Assembly (NCBI GenBank): GCA_046563655.1
Contig: CM102283.1
Location: 1,984,001-2,048,000 of the forward strand
Origin: Yuukianura sp. NJ FZ-2021
Lineage: Eukaryota
DNA: 64,000 nt
Reading direction: 5' to 3'
Shown here: in pieces, positions 37,413 to 48,181 of the stretch
Layout: every line of letters starts with the position of its first letter
Position numbering within the stretch: the first letter of the stretch is position 1
Made by a program: the position numbers and the translations under genes
Notes under the pieces: generated by a model
The model's input: only the letters and a program-made list of their open reading frames with translations
Databases searched by the model: none
Told to the model about the DNA's origin: nothing

Positions 37413-40400
37413 ATGACGTCGAGGTGGCGTCAAGGATTATCAACGTTGGTTGGAATTTGTACACTGGTGGCATTTGAATCTTTTTTCCAGACAGTCGGTA
37501 AATTCCGAGTTTTTTTTAGTATGAAGTGTCATATAATTTGGACTTTTTTTTATTTGTTAAAATTGTCGAATTGTTTTTTTTTCAAATTTTGAAACCAAAT
37601 TTTAGGCAGCCAGGATTTGAGGTACTATCCAGGCTTGTCGTACTGGGAAAATGGACGTCTGATTTGGTACAAAAAAGATGGCGACGTTGGACGAGAACCC
37701 TTCAAGCGTGGGGCTCCGAACTTGGAAGATTCGGGGGAAAAGTCAAGGCTAACGTCATCGGAAGACAAAGACGGACGTGAGTTTTCAAAATTTCAAATTT
37801 CGAAAAACCATTTTCATTTAGATTTTTGTTTTTTGAATTTTTGATTTTCATTTATGAGCAGTTGATCAAATGAGAGTTGCGAGGTTGGCCAACGCAGATC
37901 CGAAAATAAGTCAGCACAAACCTTACTATTCTTCGAAGCAAGCAATTTTTATTGATGAGCCCTACGAGGATGAAGTCATTTCTGAGCAAGTGACTTCTAG
38001 GCAGGACAAAACTCCACCTCCGCCATCTTCTGCACATAATCAACCGCAAAGTTTCAAAGTACCGATTCATAAACCGAAGCCGGAACTCGGAGACGGTACT
38101 ACGACTCCGCTTCCCCTCAGGTATGAATTTTGAACCGCATTAACACAAAAACGGGGAACTAAAACGAATTATTCTGGCATCACTAGAAATACGTCCGAAA
38201 TTCAATCGGAACCGACAGTAGATCCTGAAGATGCCGATCCCTACGGATCAAATCCCTCGAACAGCAGATCTTCACGCCGATTCGTGCCAGGAGCTTCGTC
38301 GGTACAATCCGTTCTTAACCCTGTCGCGACTCCAAAGGCTACTTTGAAACCGGATACTGCACAAGGGCAGGAAACTCTTAGTTTTGGATACGACAAACTG
38401 TCAGAACAAATGGACGTACCGGAAGATCCAGACGTGCCTCCTGGAGTTGAAATGGTAAAGCATTTCCAAGTTGTTTTCAAAGACGGAAAACCGACAATGG
38501 TCGGTACGCCGCAGTACGAGTACTACCGAACTGCCGGTCGGAAATTGAATCCGCCGGTATCAGCTACAACACAGACACCGGCTTCCTGGAAGTCGAACTC
38601 CCCCACTCCACGTCCTTTGCCGCCAAAAATTCTAGCGACACGAGTTCCTTGGGCGCTGCCAATTATTCGCAGTTCGGATTTGAAGCCCGGTGGGAGTTCC
38701 GATACACCTATGACGTCACAAGATGAAAATTTGTCTCAGCCAATGAGTAAGTCTGACGGAAGTTTTGGTCCACTAATGAGAAAGCCTGCCGAAAGATTTG
38801 GTCCGCCAGTGACGTCACCTGATGGAAGGTTTGGTCCAGCAGTAAGGAGACCTGGTACAGGATTCGGTGGGTTGCCACCCATGACGTCACGGTACAATAC
38901 CGGTTCGCGAAACGATGACATTCCAGAACCAACACGACCTAAGAACAGGAATCCGTTTCTGACGCAAAGCTACGACATTCCCGAACCAAGACGACCTAAA
39001 TACCGGAATCCATTTGTGACACAGAACGACGACATTGCTGAATCAACACGGTCTAGAAACCGGAATCCATTTGTGACACAGAACGACGACATTGCTGAAT
39101 CAACACGGCCTAGAAACCGGAATCCATTTGTGACACAGAACGACGACATTGCTGAATCAACACGGCCTAGAAACCGGAATCCATTTGTGACGCAAAACTT
39201 TGACCAAGGTCAAAGGTCACCAAATCAACGCAGACCAGTCCGAACTACCACGACTCCGTCACCGAGGAGTCAACTCCGATACGACTCAGAAGAGAAAACA
39301 CGTGATTTTGAAATCGAATCCGACCCGGAGCAGACATACGACGAAGTACCTGGAGAACCAAATTTGGCGCCAAAATCCAAATGGCCCGCTCAACCTATTC
39401 CAACAACATTTAAGCCGTTTGAATTCACAGTTGACACGGGGGATCCAGAGTCAATAGCCAAGGTCAGAAAACTCTACGAATCCTTCCAAAATTCGGATTC
39501 CCCTACGTTGGACGACGAGGAAGCTGAACGAACGGAAGATTCTGATTGGCCAGAAAGTTCTTCATTGACCGGTGAAACCGAAACGGTACAACGAAACCTC
39601 CCACGTCAGCTTTTGCCACCACCACCGCAATGGCGATATTCTATGCAAAGGCAACCGTCAGCTAAAGCTCCGCGACCGATGCAATCATACGGAGCATATT
39701 CTGGACAAACCGAATCCGGTTCCGATACACCTTCAAGGTATCCTGACTACAACTCAAATTATCGCTCACGTGATGAGAGTTATGCTCTGCCGAACTACTA
39801 CAATGGATACCCTTCTGCTCGAAAATCGAAACGAAGCGGCGACAGCTTCCGGTACGATCCGGATCAGGACCGGTATGCCGAATCTGAGTTGAAGGATTAT
39901 GTCGATGCTGAGCAGCCACAATGGCCCCAACAAGGTATTTTTTCCATAAAACCGCAAAATTTCAAACATAAGTGGCGCGTTTTCTAATTTTTGAAAAGTT
40001 TAATTTGAAATTTTGAAATTGTTCCGGATTCTTTAGAAGCAGAAAGCCTAAGCGACCGGTACGTCTGTGATTTGAACAATCACGGCGGAAAAATCAATTG
40101 TCAAAGAAGTTGTCGGGAGAGAGGTCACTCAGTGACCTGCGCAGGTCCATATTGTTACTGTGTCACTCCTCTGGAGGTCGAAAGTCGAGGATCTGCAGGT
40201 CAAGAGTATGCAGGTCAAGGATCTGCAGGTCAAGTGTATGCAGGTCAAGGATCTGCAGGTCAAGCGGTCAAGTCAGATGACAAATGTGGACCAAATACTG
40301 AATATGGTCGATATAGTTGTCGTTACACTTGCCCCAGAGACGATGTCATTTACTGCACTCCGGACCATTGCTACTGCAACTATCAAATTGTGCAGCAAGG

Positions 40401-40666
40401 TTGAAAATTAATTAAATTAGTTAACTAAATGTTAAAAATTATTCAAATATTAAATTAATATTAATTATATATTAATATTTTTGGTAGAAGAAGACGAGAG
40501 TTCAGGCTCCCTGGGACCATTCATTTTTAACACACTTGATGACTACGTATACTGCGGCCCTGCCAATGAGCGGAACATGTGCCACGCCCTGTGCATTGGA
40601 TGGGGTCGTGTTACATGCGCAGAAGTCAGTTGCTACTGCGATCGCAACGGAACTCCAAATCTTTAA
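37413..40666 (+). CDS. Secreted ~934-aa precursor with long disordered/repetitive region and three C-terminal defensin-like (CSab) six-cysteine modules
   Basis: Exons 37413-37497, 37606-37776, 37862-38120, 38187-39934, 40037-40399 and 40488-40666, all phase-consistent. Hydrophobic N-terminal signal. Modules C-x10-C-x3-C-x8-C-x4-CYC, C-x10-C-x3-C-x7-C-x4-CYC and C-x8-C-x3-C-x7-C-x4-CYC. The last donor (GTTGAA) is weak. Confidence 0.8.
38911..39198 (+). repeat. 57-bp coding tandem repeat, 5 copies of NDDIAESTRPRNRNPFVTQ
   Basis: Units start at 38911, 38968, 39025, 39082 and 39139; the last three are nearly identical at DNA level. Confidence 0.95.
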
Positions 40667-41372
40667 CTAATTGTTAAAAATAATTAAATTTTAAAGTCAT
40701 ACTGTAAATTATCCCAACGAATTTTCACAGTACTGACCTTGTTGTTGTTGAAAATCTAATAAAATTTACTTGTTTTTGTTTTGAAATCTGCCAGGAATTG
40801 TTAAATACATAAGATGACACCGCCTAACTTAAAGCTTTTCGACTCTTCAGCCAGCAATCAAGGTTCGTAAACAAAAAAAAAACTTTTTCTACAACATGTT
40901 GTCCAGTAAATCGACGTTTTAAACTTAGCTTGATAGTAGGAAATCTGCCTTTCGATGGTAATTTTTTTGCATGTAATGTATATGGAATTGGTGCAAAATT
41001 TGTTTAAAGTATGCTTTTTGGAAACCCTAAGTTATTGGACAACCTGTTGTAGATTTCAATTGGTTGCTAAAGCAACCTTGACCCGCAATAGTAAAATAGA
41101 TTCTAGTCGAATTCCTCAAAATCTTAAATTTATAGCTTCTGTTCTATAATATGTAATGTTTTATGTAATTCGTAGCAAAATATGTTCGCCGTTTCTCATT
41201 TTTTGTCTTCAAAAGTTAGTAGTTGGTCATTCTATAGAAACTTTTCTAATTTGACACTTGGCTTTGAGTTTCACTTTTTTGAAATGAGATCAACGAAGGA
41301 GAGACAAAGAACTATTAAAATATAAATTGAATTTTGCTAAATTGGTTTCGACATCTCCAGTTCAGAGTTGCA

Positions 41373-44300
41373 ATGTTTCGTGTGTGGATTTTTTGTGTCT
41401 TAACTTTAATAGGCTTCTCATCAAACGGACTTGGTAAGTAAAACTGTCATTTCGAAAATTTAATTCTTCGAAATTTTATTTTCCAATTCATAAGTGCTGT
41501 GGCAACTAGTGCTTCAAGTTCGGGCCCAAAATGAAAAGTTCGAACTTCGAACCTAAGTTCGAACTTTCTGAAGAGCAAGTTCGAACTTTCGAACCTTCTT
41601 TTTACATGCTAAAAGCAAGGGGCGGTGAAAAAAGTAGTGAGGGTGATAATTTTTGCAATTTACATCCGAAATGCATTTCCCTCTGTATTTGAATTCTTTT
41701 TCAAAAACTAACTTAAAACAATAGGGTTAAAGTGGACTAAAGCTACTTTCAGTGGCAATATGCTTCGGATTTGGTTGAAATCCATGCATTGCTGGATATT
41801 TGCCAATATTGAGGTGTAAGTTCGAACTCTTTTGAGTCAAGTTCGAACTTCGAACCTGGAAAAACAGCTAGGTTCGAGTTCGAAAGTTCGAACTCTAAAG
41901 TTCGAACTTGAAGCACTAGTGGCAACGTTACCAAGAAAAGTTTGAACTTTTCTGTGGCTGAGATAAATCAACACTAAAAAAATGCACAATTTACTTAAGT
42001 TGTGCAGCGAAACTAATTTTAAACCTTCCTACTTTGTGCATGAATGGACGAATAGACAAGGATGATTTGTTGAAAGAAAATACAAATTGTACATTCTTTG
42101 AAATTGTCCATTCCAGTGTCCATTCTACAAATATTATTGGCAAAAAAGTGGTGCAGTGTTATATACAACAGAATTCCTGTTGTTGTACAACTTGAAAGCA
42201 ATTGTGCAAACAGCTAACAAGTCATAGGTCAATACAAAGCAACCCGTTAAGCTCTTCTAACATAACCCTTGCTGCATAATTCACAAGTAAATCTGTGCAC
42301 CGCACAACTTTTGTGCAACCGATGCACACTCGGCTAACTGAATGTTTTATTGCACATTTCCAAGAAAACAGTTCAAGAAGTGTTCAACAGTGTAGTGTTA
42401 TTAGAGAAATAGTAGTAGGGGCCTTTACTTCAGTTTTGCAAGTGATTTTAGACGTTTTCAGAAACCACCTCAGAGAAACTAATCTTTGAAGATTTCTCAA
42501 AAATTGAACTGAAATATTTTTTTTTACAAATTTTGATTTTTTAGGTTAGGTTAACCTAACCTAACCTAACTGAAATATTTATTTTAGAATTATATGTCTT
42601 AGATATAAATTTACCTAATATAGGAAGTCCAAAAGTCAGATTCCAGTTGAATTTTTATTAAGTAAATGGGACAGATCATAAACAAAATCCGCTGCTATAT
42701 GCAGTAGTCTCCAGTATACTCAACAACACCTATGCTAAGCGGTTTTTCAGAAAATCATTAGATGCCGAAATGGGAAATTGTCATTTTTTGGGGGTTTCAG
42801 TTGCGCTAAAACGAATCATCTCCCTACCTAGAATTGAAACTGTGACGTTTCACTGTTAAGTAAATGGGACAGATCATAAACAAAATCCGCTGCTATATGC
42901 AGTAGTCTCCAGTATACTCAACAACTCCTATGCGAAGCGGTTTTTCAGAAAATCATTAGATGCCGAAATGGGAAATTGTCATTTTTTGGCAGTTTCAGTT
43001 GCGCTAAAACGAATCACATCAGTACCTAGAATTGAAACTGTGACGTTTCACTGTTAAGTAAATGGGACAGATCATAAAAAAAATCCGCTGCTATATGCAG
43101 TAGTCTCCAGTATACTCAACACGTATGCTAAGCGGTTTTTCATAAAATCATTACATGCCGAAATGTGAAATTGTCATTTTTTGGCGGTTCCAGTTGCGCT
43201 AAAACGAATCTTCTCCCTACATAGAATTGAAACTGTGACGTTTCACTGTTAAGTAAATGGGACAGAGCATAAACAAAATCCGCTGCTATATGCAGTGGTC
43301 TCCAGTATACTCAACAACACCTATGCTAAGCGGTTTTTCATAAATTCATTAGATGCCGAAATGGGAAATTGTCATTTTTTGGGGGTTTCAGTTGCGCTAA
43401 AACGAATCACATCAGTACCTAGAATTGAAACTGTGACGTTTCACTGTTAAGTAAATGGGACAGATCATAAAAAAAATCCGCTGCTATATGCAGTGGTCTC
43501 CAGTATACTCAACAACTTCTATGCGAAGCGGTTTTTCAGAAAATCATTACATGCCGAAATGTGAAATTGTCATTTTTTGGCGGTTCCAGTTGCGCTAAAA
43601 CGAATCACATCAGTACCTAGAGTTGAAACTGTGACGTTTCACTGTTAAGTAAATGGAACAGATCATAAACAAAATCCGCTGCTATATGCAGTAGTCTCCA
43701 GTATACTCAACAACACCTATGCTAAGCGGTTTTTCAGAAAATCATTAGATGCCGAAATGTGAAATTGTCATTTTTTGGCAGTTTCAGTTGCGCTAAAACG
43801 AATCACATCAGTACCTAGAGTTGAAACTGTGACGTTTCACTGTTAAGTAAATGGGACAGAGCATAAACAAAATCCGCTGCTATATGCAGTGGTCTCCAGT
43901 ATACTCAACAACTTCTATGCGAAGCGGTTTTTCAGAAAATCATTACATGCCGAAATGTGAAATTGTCATTTTTTGGCGGTTCCAGTTGCGCTAAAACGAA
44001 TCACATCAGTACCTAGAGTTGAAACTGTGACGTTTCACTGTTAAGTAAATGGAACAGATCATAAACAAAATCCGCTGCTATATGCAGTAGTCTCCAGTAT
44101 ACTCAACAACACCTATGCTAAGCGGTTTTTCAGAAAATCATTAGATGCCGAAATGTGAAATTGTCATTTTTTGGCAGTTTCAGTTGCGCTAAAACGAATC
44201 ACATCAGTACCTAGAGTTGAAACTGTGACGTTTCACTGTTAAGTAAATGGAACAGATCATAAACAAAATCCGCTGCTATATGCAGTAGTCTCCAGTATAC

Positions 44301-47300
44301 TCAACAACACCTATGCTAAGCGGTTTTTCAGAAAATCATTAGATGCCGAAATGGGAAATTGTCATTTTTTGGGGGTTTCAGTTGCGCTAAAACGAATCAT
44401 CTCCCTACCTTAGAATTGAAACTGTGACGTTTCACTGTTTAAAACCTTTTCGCTACGGGTGACACAAATACGCATAGAGTTGTCAAGACGACGATTTTTC
44501 GTTTTTTCTTTTAAAAGAAAAAAAACCGTCGTCTTAACAACTCTATGCAAATACGTGACATTTAATGACAATCATCAGAGACGAATGACACATATATGTG
44601 TTTTTCATATAAATAAAAACCGCTTTACATGTAATTTCATTTCCATGCCAACGATTCATAAAAAACCGGTGAACTGGTTTGAAAAAACGGATTTTCATCT
44701 TAAAATTCAGCCGTTGAGATAACCACCAACAAAAAAATTTCGTAGCGAAAGGGTTAAAAAATGCCTAATGTCCACTCTCTAGTTAAAAGAAAAAAACGCC
44801 AAATCGTCTTGACAACTCTATGTCCAAAAGTTATATTCCAGTTGAATTTTTATTAACCTTTTCTAGCGCGTTCAAAAGTTAACAGGTTAGGTTAAGCTCG
44901 TTGTTTTGGCGTTTTCTTTTTCAATTTTCAAACAAACAAAATCAGGCGAAAAAACGGTTTATCAGAGCAATTAATCGGTTTTTTCTTGTCCGATTTCAGC
45001 AGAAAAGCCAATACGCAACTCGTTGCCCATGGAAACTCAAATTGCAAATTCCAGTTTGCCCCTTGTTCCGCGAAGGCATTCAAAAAAAATGAAACCCACA
45101 AAAACATAATCCATCCATGTGTCACCATTCGTGGGAACGTTATTTGCACGATCGAACGCGTCTAGGGTGAAGCCACAATATACATGTCGAGTGGCTCTCC
45201 TACTATGACCAGCAAAGCTGGTGCTGGTCCTATAGCAGAAGATGACCTACGAATTCCGCAAAAAAAAAAACACAGCCAGGCCTGTAGCGCTCACCTTTAC
45301 ATTTTAACTCTTTTCTGCATGCAGCCAAAAAAAATTAGCAAGCAAATGGCATGGAAAGAACCTTTTAACCCTTTTGCTACGGAATTTTTTTTGTTGGTTG
45401 TTATCTCAACGGCTGAAGTTTACGGTGGAAATCGGTTTTTTCAAACCAGTTCACCGGTTTCTTTGATTCGTTGGCATGGAAATGAAATTACATGTAAAGC
45501 GGTTTTTATTTCTATGAAAGACACATATATGTGTCATCCGTCTCTGATGTTAGTTAGTAAATGACACATATTAGTGTCACCCGTAGCGAAAGGGTTAACC
45601 TTTTGAGGCCTGAAATTTTCTTTTGTATTTTGTTGCTGAGACGATACAAATTTTCCCGAAAAACCGATGCAACGCATGTATAATACGTTGCTATGGGAAA
45701 AAACGGTTTTTTATTTCCTCCAGCGGTTTTTTAAAACCAACAACAGACGACTATAGTCGTCAGCCGGCCCCTGAGGTCGCAAAAAATAAACGACTTTAGT
45801 TAGCACTCAAAAGGTTAAATAAAAACAATACAGGTTTCTTTTTAAAAAAAAAACCGATTTCGTTTTTAGCGGTTTAAAAAAACCGTTTTTATTTTTAGAG
45901 GGTTTGAAAAAACCGTTTTCATTTCTAGCAGTTTTCAAAACCGTTTTCATTTGAAAGTGGATTCTATTTGGCGATAGTCAAAAAAAAAAACTCCGAGATC
46001 GTCCATCGATGTACTGCTGCACAACTTTACAAAATGTGTGCAGGACATTCTAAACAAAATTTTATGTTAAGGAAATGTAACTTGGGAAACTGTTCCTAAA
46101 CAAGCACAAATGTGCATGTTGTGCACCATAATCTGTACAATATGAACACTTTCTACACTTTTCTTCTGTATTTGTGCATTGCATAATTCTGTCACCACCA
46201 GCAAGGTAGAAAGCCTGAACTAAAATTTTGTCAAATTTATACAATTGCACATTACGTAATTACGTTACTCCTCAAATTTGTGCATTATGATAAAACGTTG
46301 CACAATTCCCTTGCTCATGTGTATCGGGAACTGTGCAAACTTCTTCACTTACCTTACAATTAACTTGCTTTTGCGTTTATACGAAATTAAAATTCTGCAA
46401 AGCAAAGTAAATTACAAAAACTTTACCAATTTTGTGCACCGTGGTAAAATAAACGGATAATGGCATTGTGCAGCATAAGCTAAGTGCTGCACAAAAATTA
46501 CATAATGTAGATGCACTCTAAAAAAATCATCTAAAAAATTCTGAAATTTGTAAGCGTTAACCTAACCGAAAATTTATCAAAAATAAACAGGAAATATGGA
46601 GAATGTCTATGTTGACTACGGTTATTCCGAAGAAATGCCGCCGTCAACTGCGGGTACTTCAAAAAAGAGCGAAACTGCTTTGCCCATGAGTGGAAGAGGA
46701 ATTAGTGGAAGAGCTATACAAAAAAGTAAATTTTTGCAAACCGTTTTTTACAGACTGATTTTAAAACATTTTTTAAAAGTTTTTATAACAGTAATTTATC
46801 ACTATTAGAATGAAAACCATTAGCACAACTCTCACCTGCCATTGGCAGTTTGAGATATTTCAAGAGTATAACATACAATTTTTTTTTTAATTCCATTACA
46901 ATGTAAAAATATTTTTTAGAGAAGCAGAACAATCCGATTCTATTTCGAATGCCGAACAAGTCCCGGGCAGGTCGTGCTGCATTTCGTTCCCGCTTTCTGG
47001 AAGTGTACAATTTGGAGCCAAATTTAAATTCATTTTCACTACCATTGAGTTCCATACAGTATACAAAAGATTTCCAAAATCCTGATTCTAAAAATTGCAC
47101 TACTACAAATAAACCAATAGACGATCACAGTGGAAGCAGCGAATCATCATCTTCTGAAACCCAACCTGCACCAAGGCAACACCCTTTACCTGCACCTACG
47201 ACTGAACCTGCATATGTACCCATACCTGCAACTACGCCTCAACCTGAGCACAATAGCAACGAGTCCATAGTCACCACTGCTATTCCGCATCAAAGTATTT

Positions 47301-48181
47301 GTGGCAAAAACGGGAAAAACGGTGTCAAAATTTGCAAAGCGATTTGTGACCTGCGCAATCGCGAATTCATTTCTTGTGATTCCAAGTTCTGTTACTGTCA
47401 ATCTTCTTACTCATTTCTTAGTAAGTGTAAAATTCTACTTTTGGCTTAATACATAATGAACCTAACTAGACTAAAACGTAACTTATTTAATTAGTCTATT
47501 TAAAACTAATGTAAAACAGACGCTGATCAGTTCAAAGCTGACGCCGGAAAGCGTTTGTTTTTCTACTGCGGACATTACAATCTCCAAGGTTACCAGCGTT
47601 GGTTAGCAAAATGTCGTAAACGACGCAAGTCCACTGTACAATGCGGCGGCGCAAGTTGCTACTGTCATTACATGGCTATTCCAAAGAGGTCAGGGTCAAT
47701 GACCTCCGAAGAAAAACTTGAACAAGCTGTGCTAACCCCTGTTTCAAATTTATACTGCGGTCAAACTCCAAAAACGTGAGAATTCAAGGTTCATACAGGA
47801 ACAAAATAGTTTTTCTATAACAGGTTAGGCAATAAGTCCTGTTTAAAAAATCTCGCCCCAAACAATTTTTTCCTCCAACTTTCTTTCAATCCCATTTGAT
47901 TATATATTGCCGTAGGAAGGCACGCTGAACCAAGTTTTGCTAATTTTTTGAAAAATTTTTTTTAAAGGTATGAGTCTAACCTTTTGTAGAAAAACTATTT
48001 TCTTGTTTATAAACCTTGGTGAGAATAATTTTAAAATTTTGAATTAGGATTTTACACATTTCAGTTTTTCTTGAAAACCATTTGAATTATTTTGAGCAGG
48101 AAACGTGAAACGAGCTTCTGCAAGTACAGATGCCCGAGAGGAAGTTACGTCTGCGACTTGAAATTTTGTTACTGCCTGTAG
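41373..48181 (+). CDS. Secreted ~344-aa precursor with three C-terminal defensin-like (CSab) modules; probable paralog of the upstream gene
   Basis: Exons 41373-41433 (signal MFRVWIFCVLTLIGFSSNG), 46591-46725, 46920-47420, 47520-47775 and 48100-48181, all phase-consistent. Modules CGKNGKNGVKICKAICDLRNREFISCDSKFCYC, CGHYNLQGYQRWLAKCRKRRKSTVQCGGASCYC and CGQTPKTKRETSFCKYRCPRGSYVCDLKFCYC. Linking exon 1 across a 5.2-kb intron is inferred. Confidence 0.75.
41507..41918. mobile_element. hAT-like non-autonomous element (412 bp)
   Basis: Perfect 16-bp TIRs TAGTGCTTCAAGTTCG / CGAACTTGAAGCACTA; perfect 8-bp TSD GTGGCAAC (41499-41506 and 41919-41926); many subterminal GTTCGAAC palindromes. Confidence 0.9.
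42658..44438. repeat. Tandem satellite, 9 copies of a ~198-bp unit
   Basis: Units begin TTAAGTAAATGG(G/A)ACAGATCATAAACAAAATCCGCTGC at about 42658, 42856, 43054, 43249, 43447, 43645, 43843, 44041 and 44239, with high identity. Confidence 0.97.
44445..44753. mobile_element. piggyBac-like (TTAA) MITE, copy 1
   Basis: Ends CCTTTTCGCTACG ... CGTAGCGAAAGGG|TTAA; internal sequence is the reverse complement of 45369-45594. Confidence 0.75.
45369..45594. mobile_element. piggyBac-like (TTAA) MITE, copy 2 (inverted, internally shorter)
   Basis: TTAA|CCCTTTTGCTACGG ... CCGTAGCGAAAGGG|TTAA. Confidence 0.85.
45599..45814. mobile_element. Second piggyBac-like MITE family member abutting copy 2 and sharing its TTAA
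   Basis: TTAA|CCTTTTGAG ... CTCAAAAGG|TTAA. Confidence 0.65.
47785..48018. mobile_element. MITE-like inverted repeat in the last intron of the second defensin-domain gene
   Basis: Imperfect arms of about 50 bp: CAAGGTTCATACAGGAACAAAATAGTTTTTCTATAACAGGTTAG / CTAACCTTTTGTAGAAAAACTATTTTCTTGTTTATAAACCTTG. Confidence 0.6.

Noticed and set aside
38755-38875. RFG repeats as an RFamide neuropeptide precursor
   Set aside because: RFG is followed by Pro rather than basic cleavage residues, so amidated RFamides would not be produced.
42658-44438. Regular repeat array considered as CRISPR-like
   Set aside because: Whole 198-bp units repeat with no unique spacers, there are no cas genes, and the context is eukaryotic. 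It is a satellite.
44459-45564. Short ORFs within the piggyBac-like cluster as transposase
   Set aside because: No DDD/DDE transposase motifs; they are chance frames in non-autonomous elements.
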